From positions 4,282 through 68,281 of the forward strand of contig CAVRSI010000038.1 of NCBI GenBank assembly GCA_963723855.1: a stretch of DNA of 64,000 nt. Direction: 5' to 3'. This stretch comes from an uncultured Actinomycetes bacterium (GTDB lineage Bacteria > Actinomycetota > UBA4738 > HRBIN12). Shown here piece after piece: positions 47,701 through 56,387 of the stretch. Each line of letters starts with the position of its first letter. Positions within the stretch are counted from its first letter, which is position 1. The notes below the pieces were generated by a model that was not told where the DNA came from, did not search any database, and saw nothing but the letters and a program-made list of their open reading frames with translations. The translations under genes and the position numbers were made by a program.

Positions 47701-47968
47701 CCGCATCCCCGATGAACTTCTCCACGGTGCCGCCGTGATGCTCGATCGCGATCTTCATGGTGTCGAAGTAGCGAGTCATCACGCGCCGGAGGGCCTCCGG
47801 GTCGAGCAGTTCGCCAAGCGCCGTCGAGCCGGTGACATCACAGAAGACGACGGTGACGGACTTGCGGACCTCGTGGCTCCGTGCCGGCTCGGCCAGCGGC
47901 GAGGCGCACGCCATGCAGAAGCGAGCTTCGTCGGGGCTCTCGGCGCCGCAGCTGGGGCAGACCCGCAT
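44777..47968 (-). CDS. zinc-ribbon / class III adenylate-guanylate cyclase / AAA(STAND) ATPase / TPR signalling protein
   Basis: Intact 1063-aa ORF. CPSCGAESPDEARFCMAC, FCDVTGST, EKFIGDAVMAVFG, GDAVNTAARLE and Walker A GTAGAGKT are present, followed by a long TPR-like C-terminus. Confidence 0.9.
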   Translation of the reverse strand: MRVCPSCGAESPDEARFCMACASPLAEPARSHEVRKSVTVVFCDVTGSTALGELLDPEALRRVMTRYFDTMKIAIEHHGGTVEKFIGDAVMAVFGIPHVHEDDALRAARAAVEMREGLLDLNKELERDHGVTLASRIGVNTGEVVAGDPTTGQALVTGDAVNTAARLEQAAAPGEILIGEETYRLTRDAVRAEPADPIAAKGKAEPISAYRLEDVTAGAVGHTRRLDAPMVGRDRELALLGQAFERVTTDRACQLFTIVGTAGAGKTRLVEEFAAQVDADATVLRGRCLAYGEGITFWPVVELVGQAAGLSILDHPGDAQRKLLDVIGPGERSERVADLVACLVGLSETQAPVEESFWALRRFLEILAADRPLLLLLDDLQWAESTFLDLVEHVAEWSRDAPILVLAQARPELRDDRPGWGGGVANATSILLEPLTRAETVELVADLIGDSEVAGEVSARVAEAAEGNPLFVEEMVAMLIDDGYLVREDHRWIAAGDLSEVKVPPTVHALIAARLDRLAPIERVVLECAAIIGKVFAGSSIRSLVSDEQSGKVNDGIRALLRKDLIRPDRGDLGEEDSYRFRHLLVRDAVYDAIPKELRAALHEGFAGWLGREARSAGELDEFVGYHLEQSYRYREELGPVDDAGRAIAARAGTHLLAAGERALGRGDVAAAERLLRRAMELLPADDPRALSALPSLGQALYYGGQLERALEFLEGASVRAADAGADTVVARVAIQRTLLLNHLDPEFAMRPALAEVESRMAPLAAEGDDLGLAEGWAVVGAFRFWLGDGAGSLEALERAHVHAERAGSERLMRITSNELLGPFVWGPVPADEVVTRASELIAEIETLGSSSYELSQSLAVAHAMRGETDLADERFSISVTRARELGERLHLAAAHAYLEAGLLLERYAETERVAREGIEQLRDMGERGYLSTSLIYLADAIVSQGRPDEAETTLREAEEQAAVDDAVTVIGIRRIRAKIMRRQGRLDEAEPYAREAIAAGETTDYLYEKGASHQELGEILIAKDERDEGLEHLHIALDLFERKGVLVRLHTLSARIAEVEAR

Positions 47969-47977
47969 GCCGCGAGT

Positions 47978-49370
47978 CTAGGCCGGGCCGAGCTGGGCGA
48001 GCGCGTCGTACGCGGCGTACTTGAAGGTCTCGCCGAGCGTCGGGTGGTTGAAGACCATCTCGATGAACGTCTCGACCGTGCCGTTCAACACGATGATCGC
48101 CTGCCCCACGTGCACGAGCTCGGACGCGCGTTCGCCGATGCAGTGGCAGCCGATCAGCCGGCGCGACCAACGGTCGAACACGAGCTTCACCATGCCGTCG
48201 CGGTCGTTCATGATCTGTCCGCGGACGTTGTCGCGGTAGAAGGCTCGCCCCGCCACCACGTCGAGCCCCCGGCGCGCCGCCTCCTCCTCACTCAGGCCGA
48301 CGCAGCTCACCTCCGGGATCGTGTACACGCCGTACGGCAGGACGTCGGACACCTGCCGTTTGTACGTGAACCCGAACGCGTGGCACACCGCGACCCGGCC
48401 CTGCTCCATGGAGACGCTCGCGAGCGCGGGGAAGCCGACGACGTCACCGGCCGCGTAGATGCTCGGGACCGCGGTGCGGAAGTCCTCGTCGACCTTGACG
48501 TTTCCTCGCGCGTCCACCTCGACCCCGATCGAGGCGAGCCCGAGGCCATCGGTGTTGCCCTGACGGCCGGCCGCCACCATCACCGTCTCCACCACGAGCG
48601 GCTCGCCCGTCGAGAGCGTGCACGTCGAGTCCATCGGCTCCACGCACGACGTGCTCGAACGTCCGCTCCAGGTGGAGGGTGACACCGAGCGCCCGCATCG
48701 CGTCCGCGAGCCGCTCGCCCATCTCGAGATCGAGGAACGGGAGCAGGCCGGGGCGCGGGTCGATCAGATGCACCTGCACGCCGAGCGCCGCGAACATGCA
48801 CGCGTACTCGCAACCGATGACGCCGCCGCCGATCACCGCCATCGACCGCGGGAGCCGATGGATGCGAAGGATCCCGTCGGCGTCGTGGACGTCGTCGTCG
48901 CCGTAGGGGATGCCGGGCGGGCGGTACGGAGACGACCCGGTCGCGATCAGGACCACCGCGGCGTGGACCTGCATCACGCCGTCCGACGACGTCACCTCGA
49001 CGGTATGCGCATCCACGAGCCGTCCCTCGCCCCGCAGCAGATCGATCCCGTGCCGTTCCAGGTTCGTGTGGATCCGATCGACCTCCAGGTGGCGGACCGC
49101 GTCCTTGCGATCGAGGAGCCTCGTGACCGTGAGCTCCGGATCAAGGTCGACCAACACGCCGTCGAGCTGCCGCTGTCGGTAGCCCGACAGGAACAGCGCG
49201 GTCTCGCGCAGCGTCTTGGAGGGCAGCGTGCCCGTGTGGACGGCGGCGCCCCCGGGCTCGGGTTGCCGTTCGACGATCGCGACGCGCTTGCCGAAATAGG
49301 CGGCCTGCGCGGCGCCCCGCTCTCCGGCGGGACCGCCGCCGATCACCACCAGGTCGTACTCGCCGCTCAC
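47978..49370 (-). pseudogene. sthA: Si-specific NAD(P)+ transhydrogenase SthA-like flavoprotein, one frame break
   Basis: GTG at 49370 overlaps the upstream stop (GTGA). YDLVVIGGGPAGERGAAQAAYFGKRVAIVE...GGAAVHTGTLPSKTLRE has no redox-active CxxxxC. After ...LERTFEHVV the text continues in ORF 47978..48685 (VEPMDSTCTL...IYAAGDV...HPTLGE). The break lies near 48643. Confidence 0.8.
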
Positions 49371-50101
49371 TCCCAGTCGACCGTCACGATCTCGATCGGC
49401 TCGGACGTGCCCCGCAGGGTCACGGTCCGTGGCTCCGAGATGGGATAGCGGCCGTCCGCGGCGGTGGCCCGGCTCGCCACGATCTGGTCGCCGTCCGCGA
49501 GCGCGGCGATCCGCGCGGCTTCGTGAACGCCCTTGCCCGAGAAGTCCCGCCCGACCTGCGTGGCGCCCGACGCGTGCAGCCCGATCCGCACCTTCGGCGC
49601 GAAGCCCGCCGAGCGCCGGTGCTCGGTTAGCCGGCGCTGGATCGCGACGGCGCACGCGAGCGCCTCATCCGGGGAGTCGAACCCCACGAAGAACCCGTCG
49701 CCTGTAGAGACGACCTCCTCGCCCTTGTGCTCGGCGAACAGCGACCGCAGCGCTTCGTTGTGCCACCGAAGCACGCCCTGCCAGACCTCGTCGCCGAGCG
49801 CGTCGACCAGGTTGGTCGAGCTCTCGATGTCGGTGAACATGAACGTCTTCTCGACGCGACGGGGGCCCTCCTTGCCGCGGAGCTGCCACGGCAGCAGCTC
49901 CTCGACGTCCTCGATCGTGATCGCACCGGTCGGACAGGCCAGCGCGGCCTCCCGCAGCACCTCGTCGTCGACGCTCGCCGCATCCACCACGCCGGCCTTC
50001 GCGAAGTCGCCCTTGTACCAGTCGAACGCGGTGGGCGCGATCGTGATGCACGTCCCGGCGCCGACGCACCGGTGCCGGTCCACCCGCGGCCGGAGCGTCA
50101 T
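49367..50101 (-). CDS. ferredoxin (CxxAxxC...CP, 3Fe-4S-type) fused to a class III nucleotidyl-cyclase domain
   Basis: Inner ATG at 50101. The N-terminus reads VDRHRCVGAGTCITIAPTAF...ACPTGAITIE. The cyclase domain reads KTFMFTDIESST...VVSTGDGFFVGF...GKGVHEAARIA. Confidence 0.8.
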   Translation of the reverse strand: MTLRPRVDRHRCVGAGTCITIAPTAFDWYKGDFAKAGVVDAASVDDEVLREAALACPTGAITIEDVEELLPWQLRGKEGPRRVEKTFMFTDIESSTNLVDALGDEVWQGVLRWHNEALRSLFAEHKGEEVVSTGDGFFVGFDSPDEALACAVAIQRRLTEHRRSAGFAPKVRIGLHASGATQVGRDFSGKGVHEAARIAALADGDQIVASRATAADGRYPISEPRTVTLRGTSEPIEIVTVDWE

Positions 50102-50117
50102 CGGTGCACCCGCGCGT

Positions 50118-53100
50118 TCACAGGACCCGCTCCCGGAACGCGAACGCGGTGGCGTCCGCGCGCGACGACGCGCCGATCGACGCGAAGAGCTGACCGAGCC
50201 GTCGCTCGACGGCCGGCTCGTCGATCCCGAGCTCGCCGGCGATCTCGGCGTTCGTCTTGCCCTGGACGAGGCTCTGCAGCAGCAGCGAATCGCCGTCGGC
50301 GGGCGCACCGCCGTCGCCGCCGGACGCCGTGATCGCGTCGATGGGCCCGGCGAGCGCGACCATCTCGCTGCCGAGCGGTCCCCGGAGCCAGCGGACCCGC
50401 ACGTCCTCGTCGATCGTGCGCTGCGCGACCATGGCGAGCGAGACCTGGACGTACGGGCGCACGCCCTCCTCCCACTCGGGAGCGCCGGTCTCCATCAGGA
50501 CCCGCGCGCACGGCAGCAGGACCTCGAGGTGCAGGTCCTCGTGCATCGCGGCCTGGAGCGCGCCCGCCGCGCCGCGTGCGAACGTCATCGCTTCCTCGGC
50601 CTGGCCGCGGGCGAGTGCGACGCTCGCCCGCGCTGCGTCGGCCTGCGCGCCCCACGGGGAGTGGCCGGGGAGCGTCGCGGACAGCTCCGACGCCTCCATC
50701 GCCGACCGGTCGGCCAACGCCATCAGCTCCTCGTCGCCGAGCCGCACCCCCAGCCGCGCGGACTCGATCGCGAGGCGAGCGAGCGCCTCGCATCGTGCGG
50801 CGGGCAGGCCCGAGTCGGTCGCCTGCTGCACGGCACGCTCCAGATGTGTGCGCAAACCTGCGGCATCGCCCGCCGCTCCATCCGCGATCCCCCTCCAGGT
50901 CTCCAGCCGGCGCGCGCGGAGCGGACTCGGATGCTCGGTGGCGACCATGGCGGCGCGATCGATCCATGCCCGTGCCTCGTCGACATCGCCGAGGTCGAGG
51001 ACGGCCATCGCGGTCCCTCCGGCAGCCAGGAACTCGAGGTTCGGATCGCCGATCTCCTTCGCGTACCGGTGGGCCTCCCGCCCCTTCGCGAGCGCCAGGT
51101 CGGGGATCACCTTCGCACGCCCGAACACGTGCGAGCCGTAAAGCATCTGCGCCTCGAACGCCGCGCGCTCGCTCTCGTTCGTGAACGCCTTCATCCGGGA
51201 GGTGAGCCGGCGGATCTCCTCGATGTGCCGGGCCGCGCTCGTACCGAAGTGGATGTCGGCAGCCCAGTTCAGGTAGGCGAGCGCGATGATCGTGGACATC
51301 GCGCCGCGCCGGTCCCCGAGCTGGTCGAAGAGCTCGAGCGCATGGTGGAGGAGCCCGAACGTCTCCATGAACACCGGCGCGATCGGCAGCTCCGGCATGA
51401 TGTCCTCCAGGACCTCGCCCGCCGCCACTCGTTGCACGAGCGGCAGGTGCAGGCCGAGCTCGAGCTGCTCGATGAACCAGGCGCGAACCCGGCCGAGCTG
51501 GATGACCCCGAGCTCACGGCTGGCGGCCGCCTCGGCGCCCACGTCGCCGAGCTCGTGCGCCAGCTCCTTCGCGCGACGGAACGCCTCGTCGCACGCATCC
51601 AGGTCGACCTCTTTCGCCGCCGGGGTGTAGGACTCGCCCGCCGTCGCATGCATGACGTCCTGACCGAGCTCCATGCAGGCGGCGAGCTCGCCCTCGCGGT
51701 CGCCCCGCTCCACGGCCATATCCCGCACCTCGCGCGCGAGCTCTGCCGCGCGATCGTGTTCCTCGGCGGTCCGCATGGCCGCCGCTCGGCGCAGCCGCAC
51801 GTCGATCCCCAGGCGCGTGTCGCCGAGCGCCTCGGCCAGCGCGGCCAGCTCGGCGAGCCCCTGCATCCGGTCCCCCGGCCGCCGCAGCATGTCGAGCGCC
51901 CGGTCACGCGCGTCGAGGAGCCCCACGCGCTGCTCCGGCGTCGAGGCCGATGGCAGCGCCAGCTCGACCACGCGCAAGACCTCCTCCGGCGCGTTGGCGG
52001 CGAGCGCGTTCCGGCTCGCCTCGACCGAGAACCGGACGCACACGGCCCCGTCCCCCGCCGACTTCGCGTGACGGGCGATCAGGGGCAGGCTGGCGGCCGA
52101 GGGCTCGCCGGACATCAGCAGCGCGACGATCGCCGCATGGATCGCCCGGCGCGCGGCCGACGTGAGCGTCGCGGCCGCGAACTCGCGGACCTGCTCGTGC
52201 TGGAAGCTGTAGTCGGCGGCCGAGGCCTCCTCGTGCTCGATCAACAGCCCCGCCGTGACGGCCGGCGCCAGGGTCTCGGCGAGCTCCTCCGGCTCGGGCG
52301 CCGACCCGTCCACGCGGAGCTGGATCTCCCGCAGGTCCTTCAGGCTGAACCGCCTGCCCAGGATCGCCGCGACGGCCAGCAACGCCTTCGTCGGCTCGGG
52401 CAGCTTCGTCGCCCGCCGCGAGATCAGCGTCTTCACCGCGGACGGCACCAGCCGCTCGGCGTTGCCGGCCAGCGTCCAGACACCGTCGATCTCCTGGATC
52501 ATCCCGTTCTCGCGGTAGGTGAACGCCATCTCCTCGACGATGAACGGGACGCCTTCGGCCTGCGCGTGCATGACCGCCGCGCCGGACGCGTCGACCGGAC
52601 CGCCGAGCACCTGCGCCAGGAACTCGCGCGTCGCCGCCGGCGAGAAGCGTTCGAGCTTCAGGCGGCGGACGACGCCCATGCGGCCCATGTCGGCGACCAG
52701 GTTCACGGCCTCGTTGACGACCGCGAACTCCTCGGGACGGATCGCGAACATCAGGAAGATCGGGCTCGCGCCGTCGGTTCGGATCACGTAGCGCAACAGA
52801 CGGAGGCTGTCCTCGTCCGACCACTGGAGGTCGTCGACGAGGATCGCGAGCGGCCGCTCGGCGGCGAGGGCACGGAACGCGACCGCGCCCAGATCGAACG
52901 TCCGGAGCAGCCGGCTGTCGGGAGCGAGCGTGGCGAGCCCGGGGTCGTCCTGGCCCGACATCGAGTCCAGGCATCGGGCGATCGCCTCGGCGGCCTGGGG
53001 GCCGGCCGCACTGAAGGCCTCGGGCGAACCGAGGATCGAGCGGGCGACCAGGAACGGGCCGCGGAGCTCCTCGTCGGCCGTGACGGCGATCGCGGTGAAG

Positions 53101-53378
53101 CCGTCGGCCGTCGCCCGCTCGGCCGCGGCGACGAGCAGCCGCGTCTTGCCGATCCCGGGCTCACCCTCCACGGTGAGACCGACGAGCCGGCCGGCGCCGG
53201 CCGTCGCGAGCTCCTGGGCGATCGACTGGAGCTCGGCCGATCTCCCGACCACGTCGCCGGTCGCCCGGTGAACGTCGAGTGCCATCGGCGAGAACGGCAG
53301 CGGTTGGTCGTCGTCCGTGATCACGTGGTCTCCGGAAGGTCGGGATGTGAGGGTAGCCCGGACCCGGCGCTCCGGCAC
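50118..53378 (-). CDS. LAL-type (large ATP-binding) LuxR family transcriptional regulator
   Basis: 1086-aa ORF with Walker A GEPGIGKTRLL, a long TPR-like middle and a C-terminal LuxR HTH (GKTNAEIAGELGIDEPAVERRLGQLFASIG). An alternative start is ATG 53285 (MALDVHR). Confidence 0.85.
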   Translation of the reverse strand: MPERRVRATLTSRPSGDHVITDDDQPLPFSPMALDVHRATGDVVGRSAELQSIAQELATAGAGRLVGLTVEGEPGIGKTRLLVAAAERATADGFTAIAVTADEELRGPFLVARSILGSPEAFSAAGPQAAEAIARCLDSMSGQDDPGLATLAPDSRLLRTFDLGAVAFRALAAERPLAILVDDLQWSDEDSLRLLRYVIRTDGASPIFLMFAIRPEEFAVVNEAVNLVADMGRMGVVRRLKLERFSPAATREFLAQVLGGPVDASGAAVMHAQAEGVPFIVEEMAFTYRENGMIQEIDGVWTLAGNAERLVPSAVKTLISRRATKLPEPTKALLAVAAILGRRFSLKDLREIQLRVDGSAPEPEELAETLAPAVTAGLLIEHEEASAADYSFQHEQVREFAAATLTSAARRAIHAAIVALLMSGEPSAASLPLIARHAKSAGDGAVCVRFSVEASRNALAANAPEEVLRVVELALPSASTPEQRVGLLDARDRALDMLRRPGDRMQGLAELAALAEALGDTRLGIDVRLRRAAAMRTAEEHDRAAELAREVRDMAVERGDREGELAACMELGQDVMHATAGESYTPAAKEVDLDACDEAFRRAKELAHELGDVGAEAAASRELGVIQLGRVRAWFIEQLELGLHLPLVQRVAAGEVLEDIMPELPIAPVFMETFGLLHHALELFDQLGDRRGAMSTIIALAYLNWAADIHFGTSAARHIEEIRRLTSRMKAFTNESERAAFEAQMLYGSHVFGRAKVIPDLALAKGREAHRYAKEIGDPNLEFLAAGGTAMAVLDLGDVDEARAWIDRAAMVATEHPSPLRARRLETWRGIADGAAGDAAGLRTHLERAVQQATDSGLPAARCEALARLAIESARLGVRLGDEELMALADRSAMEASELSATLPGHSPWGAQADAARASVALARGQAEEAMTFARGAAGALQAAMHEDLHLEVLLPCARVLMETGAPEWEEGVRPYVQVSLAMVAQRTIDEDVRVRWLRGPLGSEMVALAGPIDAITASGGDGGAPADGDSLLLQSLVQGKTNAEIAGELGIDEPAVERRLGQLFASIGASSRADATAFAFRERVL

Positions 53379-53391
53379 CCTCCGAGCTGGA

Positions 53392-54435
53392 TCACACGAG
53401 GATGCAGGCTGCCCGGTGCGGCTCGCCCATCGCGTTGCCCACCTTGTGGAGCTGAGGGTCCGTCAACGTGCAGCGGTCTTCCGCCAGCGGGCAGCGGGGG
53501 TGGAACCGGCAGCCGGCGGGGATGTCGATCGGGTTCGGGGTCTCACCCAGCAGGATCCGGGGCTCGGTGCGATCGCGTGGATCGCGCTTGGGCACCACTG
53601 ACATCAACGCCTTCGTGTAGGGATGCTCGGGATCGCGGACGACCTCGCGCGCAGCGCCTTCCTCGACGATCCGTCCCAGGTACATCACCGCGATGCGGTC
53701 GGCGAAGTGCGCGGCGGTCGACAGGTCGTGCGTGATCATCAGGATCCCCATGTCGCCGTCGCGGCGCAGCCGGTCGAGCAGCGTCAGGATCCCCGCGCGC
53801 ACCGACACGTCGAGCATGGACACCGGCTCGTCGGCGAGCAGCAGCTTCGGCTCGAGCACCAAGCTCGCGGCGATCGCCACACGTTGCCGCTGGCCGCCCG
53901 AGAGCTCGTGCGGATACCGGTCGATGAACAGATCCGCCGGAGACAGCTCCACCCGCTCGAGCGCCTCGACGACCAACTGCTCGCGCTCCCGCCTCGAGCC
54001 GCCGATGCCGTGGATCACCATGGGCTCCTCGACCGCTCGCCGAACCCGGAACCGGGGGTCGAGCGACTCGTAGGGGTCCTGGTAGACCATCTGCATCGAG
54101 CGGCGGACGGCGCGAAGGTCCGCGCCGGTCAGGCCGGTGATGTCCCGCCCGTCCACTTCGATCGTGCCGGACGTCGGCTCGACCATCCGCAGGATCGCCT
54201 GGGCCGTCGACGTCTTCCCGCAGCCGGACTCCCCCACGACGGCGAGCATCTCGCCGGCTCGGACCGAGAGTGAGACGCCGTCGACGGCCCGCACCCACGC
54301 GCGCGGCACCCGGCGCACCGCGTCCGACATGGTGCGTCGCACGGAGTATCGGACGACCAGATCGCGAACGTCGAGCAGCGCGCCACCCGCGCGATCCGGC
54401 GCGGACGCGGGTGCGGCGACCGTGGCGTCGCTCAT
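53392..54435 (-). CDS. peptide/nickel (Opp/Dpp-type) ABC transporter ATP-binding protein (F-type)
   Basis: GESGCGKTS, LSGGQRQRVAIA and LLADEPVSMLD are the ABC motifs. The C-terminal oligopeptide-type extension has CRFHPRCP. Confidence 0.85.
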   Translation of the reverse strand: MSDATVAAPASAPDRAGGALLDVRDLVVRYSVRRTMSDAVRRVPRAWVRAVDGVSLSVRAGEMLAVVGESGCGKTSTAQAILRMVEPTSGTIEVDGRDITGLTGADLRAVRRSMQMVYQDPYESLDPRFRVRRAVEEPMVIHGIGGSRREREQLVVEALERVELSPADLFIDRYPHELSGGQRQRVAIAASLVLEPKLLLADEPVSMLDVSVRAGILTLLDRLRRDGDMGILMITHDLSTAAHFADRIAVMYLGRIVEEGAAREVVRDPEHPYTKALMSVVPKRDPRDRTEPRILLGETPNPIDIPAGCRFHPRCPLAEDRCTLTDPQLHKVGNAMGEPHRAACILV

Positions 54436-55427
54436 CCTGCCCGCTCCGCCTCGGGCACGGGACCGTCCACTGCATCGGTGTCGTTCAGATGGCAGGCGGC
54501 CTCATGCGACCGGGCCACGGAGATCAGCTCGGGCGCCTCGACCTTGCAGCGATCGAAGGCACGGTCGCAACGAGGCTCGAACGGACAGCCGACGATCGGG
54601 CGATCGAGGCGTGGCGGTGCCCCGGGGATCGACACGACGTCGACGTCGCCGGTCAGGTCGGGCGTGGCCTCGAACAGCAGCCGTGTGTACGGATGCCGGG
54701 GGTCGTGGAAGAGCGTGTCGACCGGACCGGCTTCGGCGACACGGCCCGCGTACATCACCACCGCGCGCTCACAGACCTGCGTGACGAGCGGCAGGTCGTG
54801 CGTGACCAGGATCAGCGCGAGACCCAGGTCGACCGTGAGCGACTCCAGCAGCTGGAGGATCTGCGCCTGCACCATCACGTCCAACGCCGTGGTGGGCTCA
54901 TCGGCCAGCAGCACCTTGGGGTTGCACGCCAGGGCCATCGCGATCGCCGCACGCTGACGCATGCCTCCGGAGAACTCATGCGGGTACCGCGCCGCTCCGG
55001 ACGCGGGGATCCCGACCAGCTGGAGGAGGTCGCCGGCTTGCTTCTTGGCTGCGGCGCCGCTCGCGGTCCCGTGGAACTCCATCGGTTCGACGATCTGCGA
55101 ACCGATCGTCCTGACCGGGTTGAGCGCGTTCATCGCCCCCTGGAAGATCATCGCGATGTCGGTCCACCGGTACGGACGCATCGAATCCTCCCCGCCCGCC
55201 AGGATGTCGGTCCCGTTGACCGAGACGCTCCCGGCGACCTCCGCGTTCGGCGGCAGGAGCCCCATCAGGGCCAGCAGCGCCGTCGTCTTGCCGCACCCGG
55301 ACTCACCGACCAAGCCGAGCCGTTCGCCCTCCTCTAGGTCGAAGCGCACCCCCTGCACCGCATGGAGCCGGCCGCCGTGCGGCAGGTCGAACCAGACCTG
55401 GAGATCCCGCACCGACAGCAGGCTCAC
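54432..55427 (-). CDS. peptide/nickel (Opp/Dpp-type) ABC transporter ATP-binding protein (D-type)
   Basis: This is the last 331 codons of the artefactual ORF 54432..58994. GTG at 55427 overlaps the permease stop (GTGA). GESGCGKTT, FSGGMRQRAAIA and LLADEPTTALD are present. Confidence 0.85.
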   Translation of the reverse strand: MSLLSVRDLQVWFDLPHGGRLHAVQGVRFDLEEGERLGLVGESGCGKTTALLALMGLLPPNAEVAGSVSVNGTDILAGGEDSMRPYRWTDIAMIFQGAMNALNPVRTIGSQIVEPMEFHGTASGAAAKKQAGDLLQLVGIPASGAARYPHEFSGGMRQRAAIAMALACNPKVLLADEPTTALDVMVQAQILQLLESLTVDLGLALILVTHDLPLVTQVCERAVVMYAGRVAEAGPVDTLFHDPRHPYTRLLFEATPDLTGDVDVVSIPGAPPRLDRPIVGCPFEPRCDRAFDRCKVEAPELISVARSHEAACHLNDTDAVDGPVPEAERAG

Positions 55428-56387
55428 GGGCTGGGTGCCTCGGCCCTCGTCGGGGCGGTGGCACGGAAGCGCCAGCTGTGGATGGACAGGTGCGCGACGC
55501 GCAGGCGCGGGTTGAGCGCGTCCTCGATCGCCTGACCCATCAGGTAACAGCCGATGACGACAAGTCCGATCGAGAGACCGGGAGGCACGAACGCCCACCA
55601 CGCGCCCTGGGTCATCGCCGTGCGTTCGAAGGCGTGCTCGAGCATCGTCCCCCACGAGATGCCGGGCACGCCGACGCCGAGGAAGGCCAGCGCCGACTCG
55701 TCGAAGATCGCGTACGCGATCGTGAGGACCGTCGTCGCGATCAGCAGCGGCGCCACCTGGGGCAGGACGTGTTGCGCGACGATCCGCCGATGGCTCGCGC
55801 CGAGCGATCGCGCCCGCTTCACATAGACGCGCTCGCGGATGCTCTTCACCTGGGCACGCACGATGCGCGCCGTCGTGGTCCACAAGAGCAGACCGATCAC
55901 CAGGATCACGTGCGACAGGCTCGGACCGAACACGGTCGCGACGACGATCATCAGCACCAGGTCGGGGATGACCAGGAAGTAGTCGGTGATCCGCATCAGC
56001 GCCACGTCGGTCCCGCCGCCGCGGTAGCCGGCGAGCAGTCCGATGCCGCCGCCGACGAGCATCGCCACGAGCGCGGCCGCGAACCCGACGATCATCGACG
56101 TCCGGCCTCCGTACATCAGCTCGCTCAACACGTCGACCCCGCTGTCGTCGGTGCCGAGCCAGTGTTGCGCCGAGGGCGGCGCGTAGACCGGGACCCGATT
56201 GCCGCGTCGGGCTGTACGGGGCCAGGGCCGGGCCGAAGATCGCCATCGCGACGAAGAACCCCACGATGAACAGCCCGAGCAACGCGGACCGGCGCTCGCG
56301 CAGGACCTGGAGGACGGGGTTGCCGCCCTTCGACGGCCGCGCCTCCAACGCCGTGTCCTCGGCGAGCGCCGGATCGACGGTCTTCAT
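55424..56387 (-). pseudogene. Opp/Dpp-type ABC permease (C-type), one frame break
   Basis: ATG at 56387 overlaps the upstream stop (ATGA). MKTVDPALAED...LGLFIVGFFVAMAIFGPALAPYSP is followed by PVYAPPSAQHWLGTDDSGVDVLSELMYGGR... in ORF 55424..56131. The break lies near 56190 (GGG/CCC runs). Confidence 0.8.
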
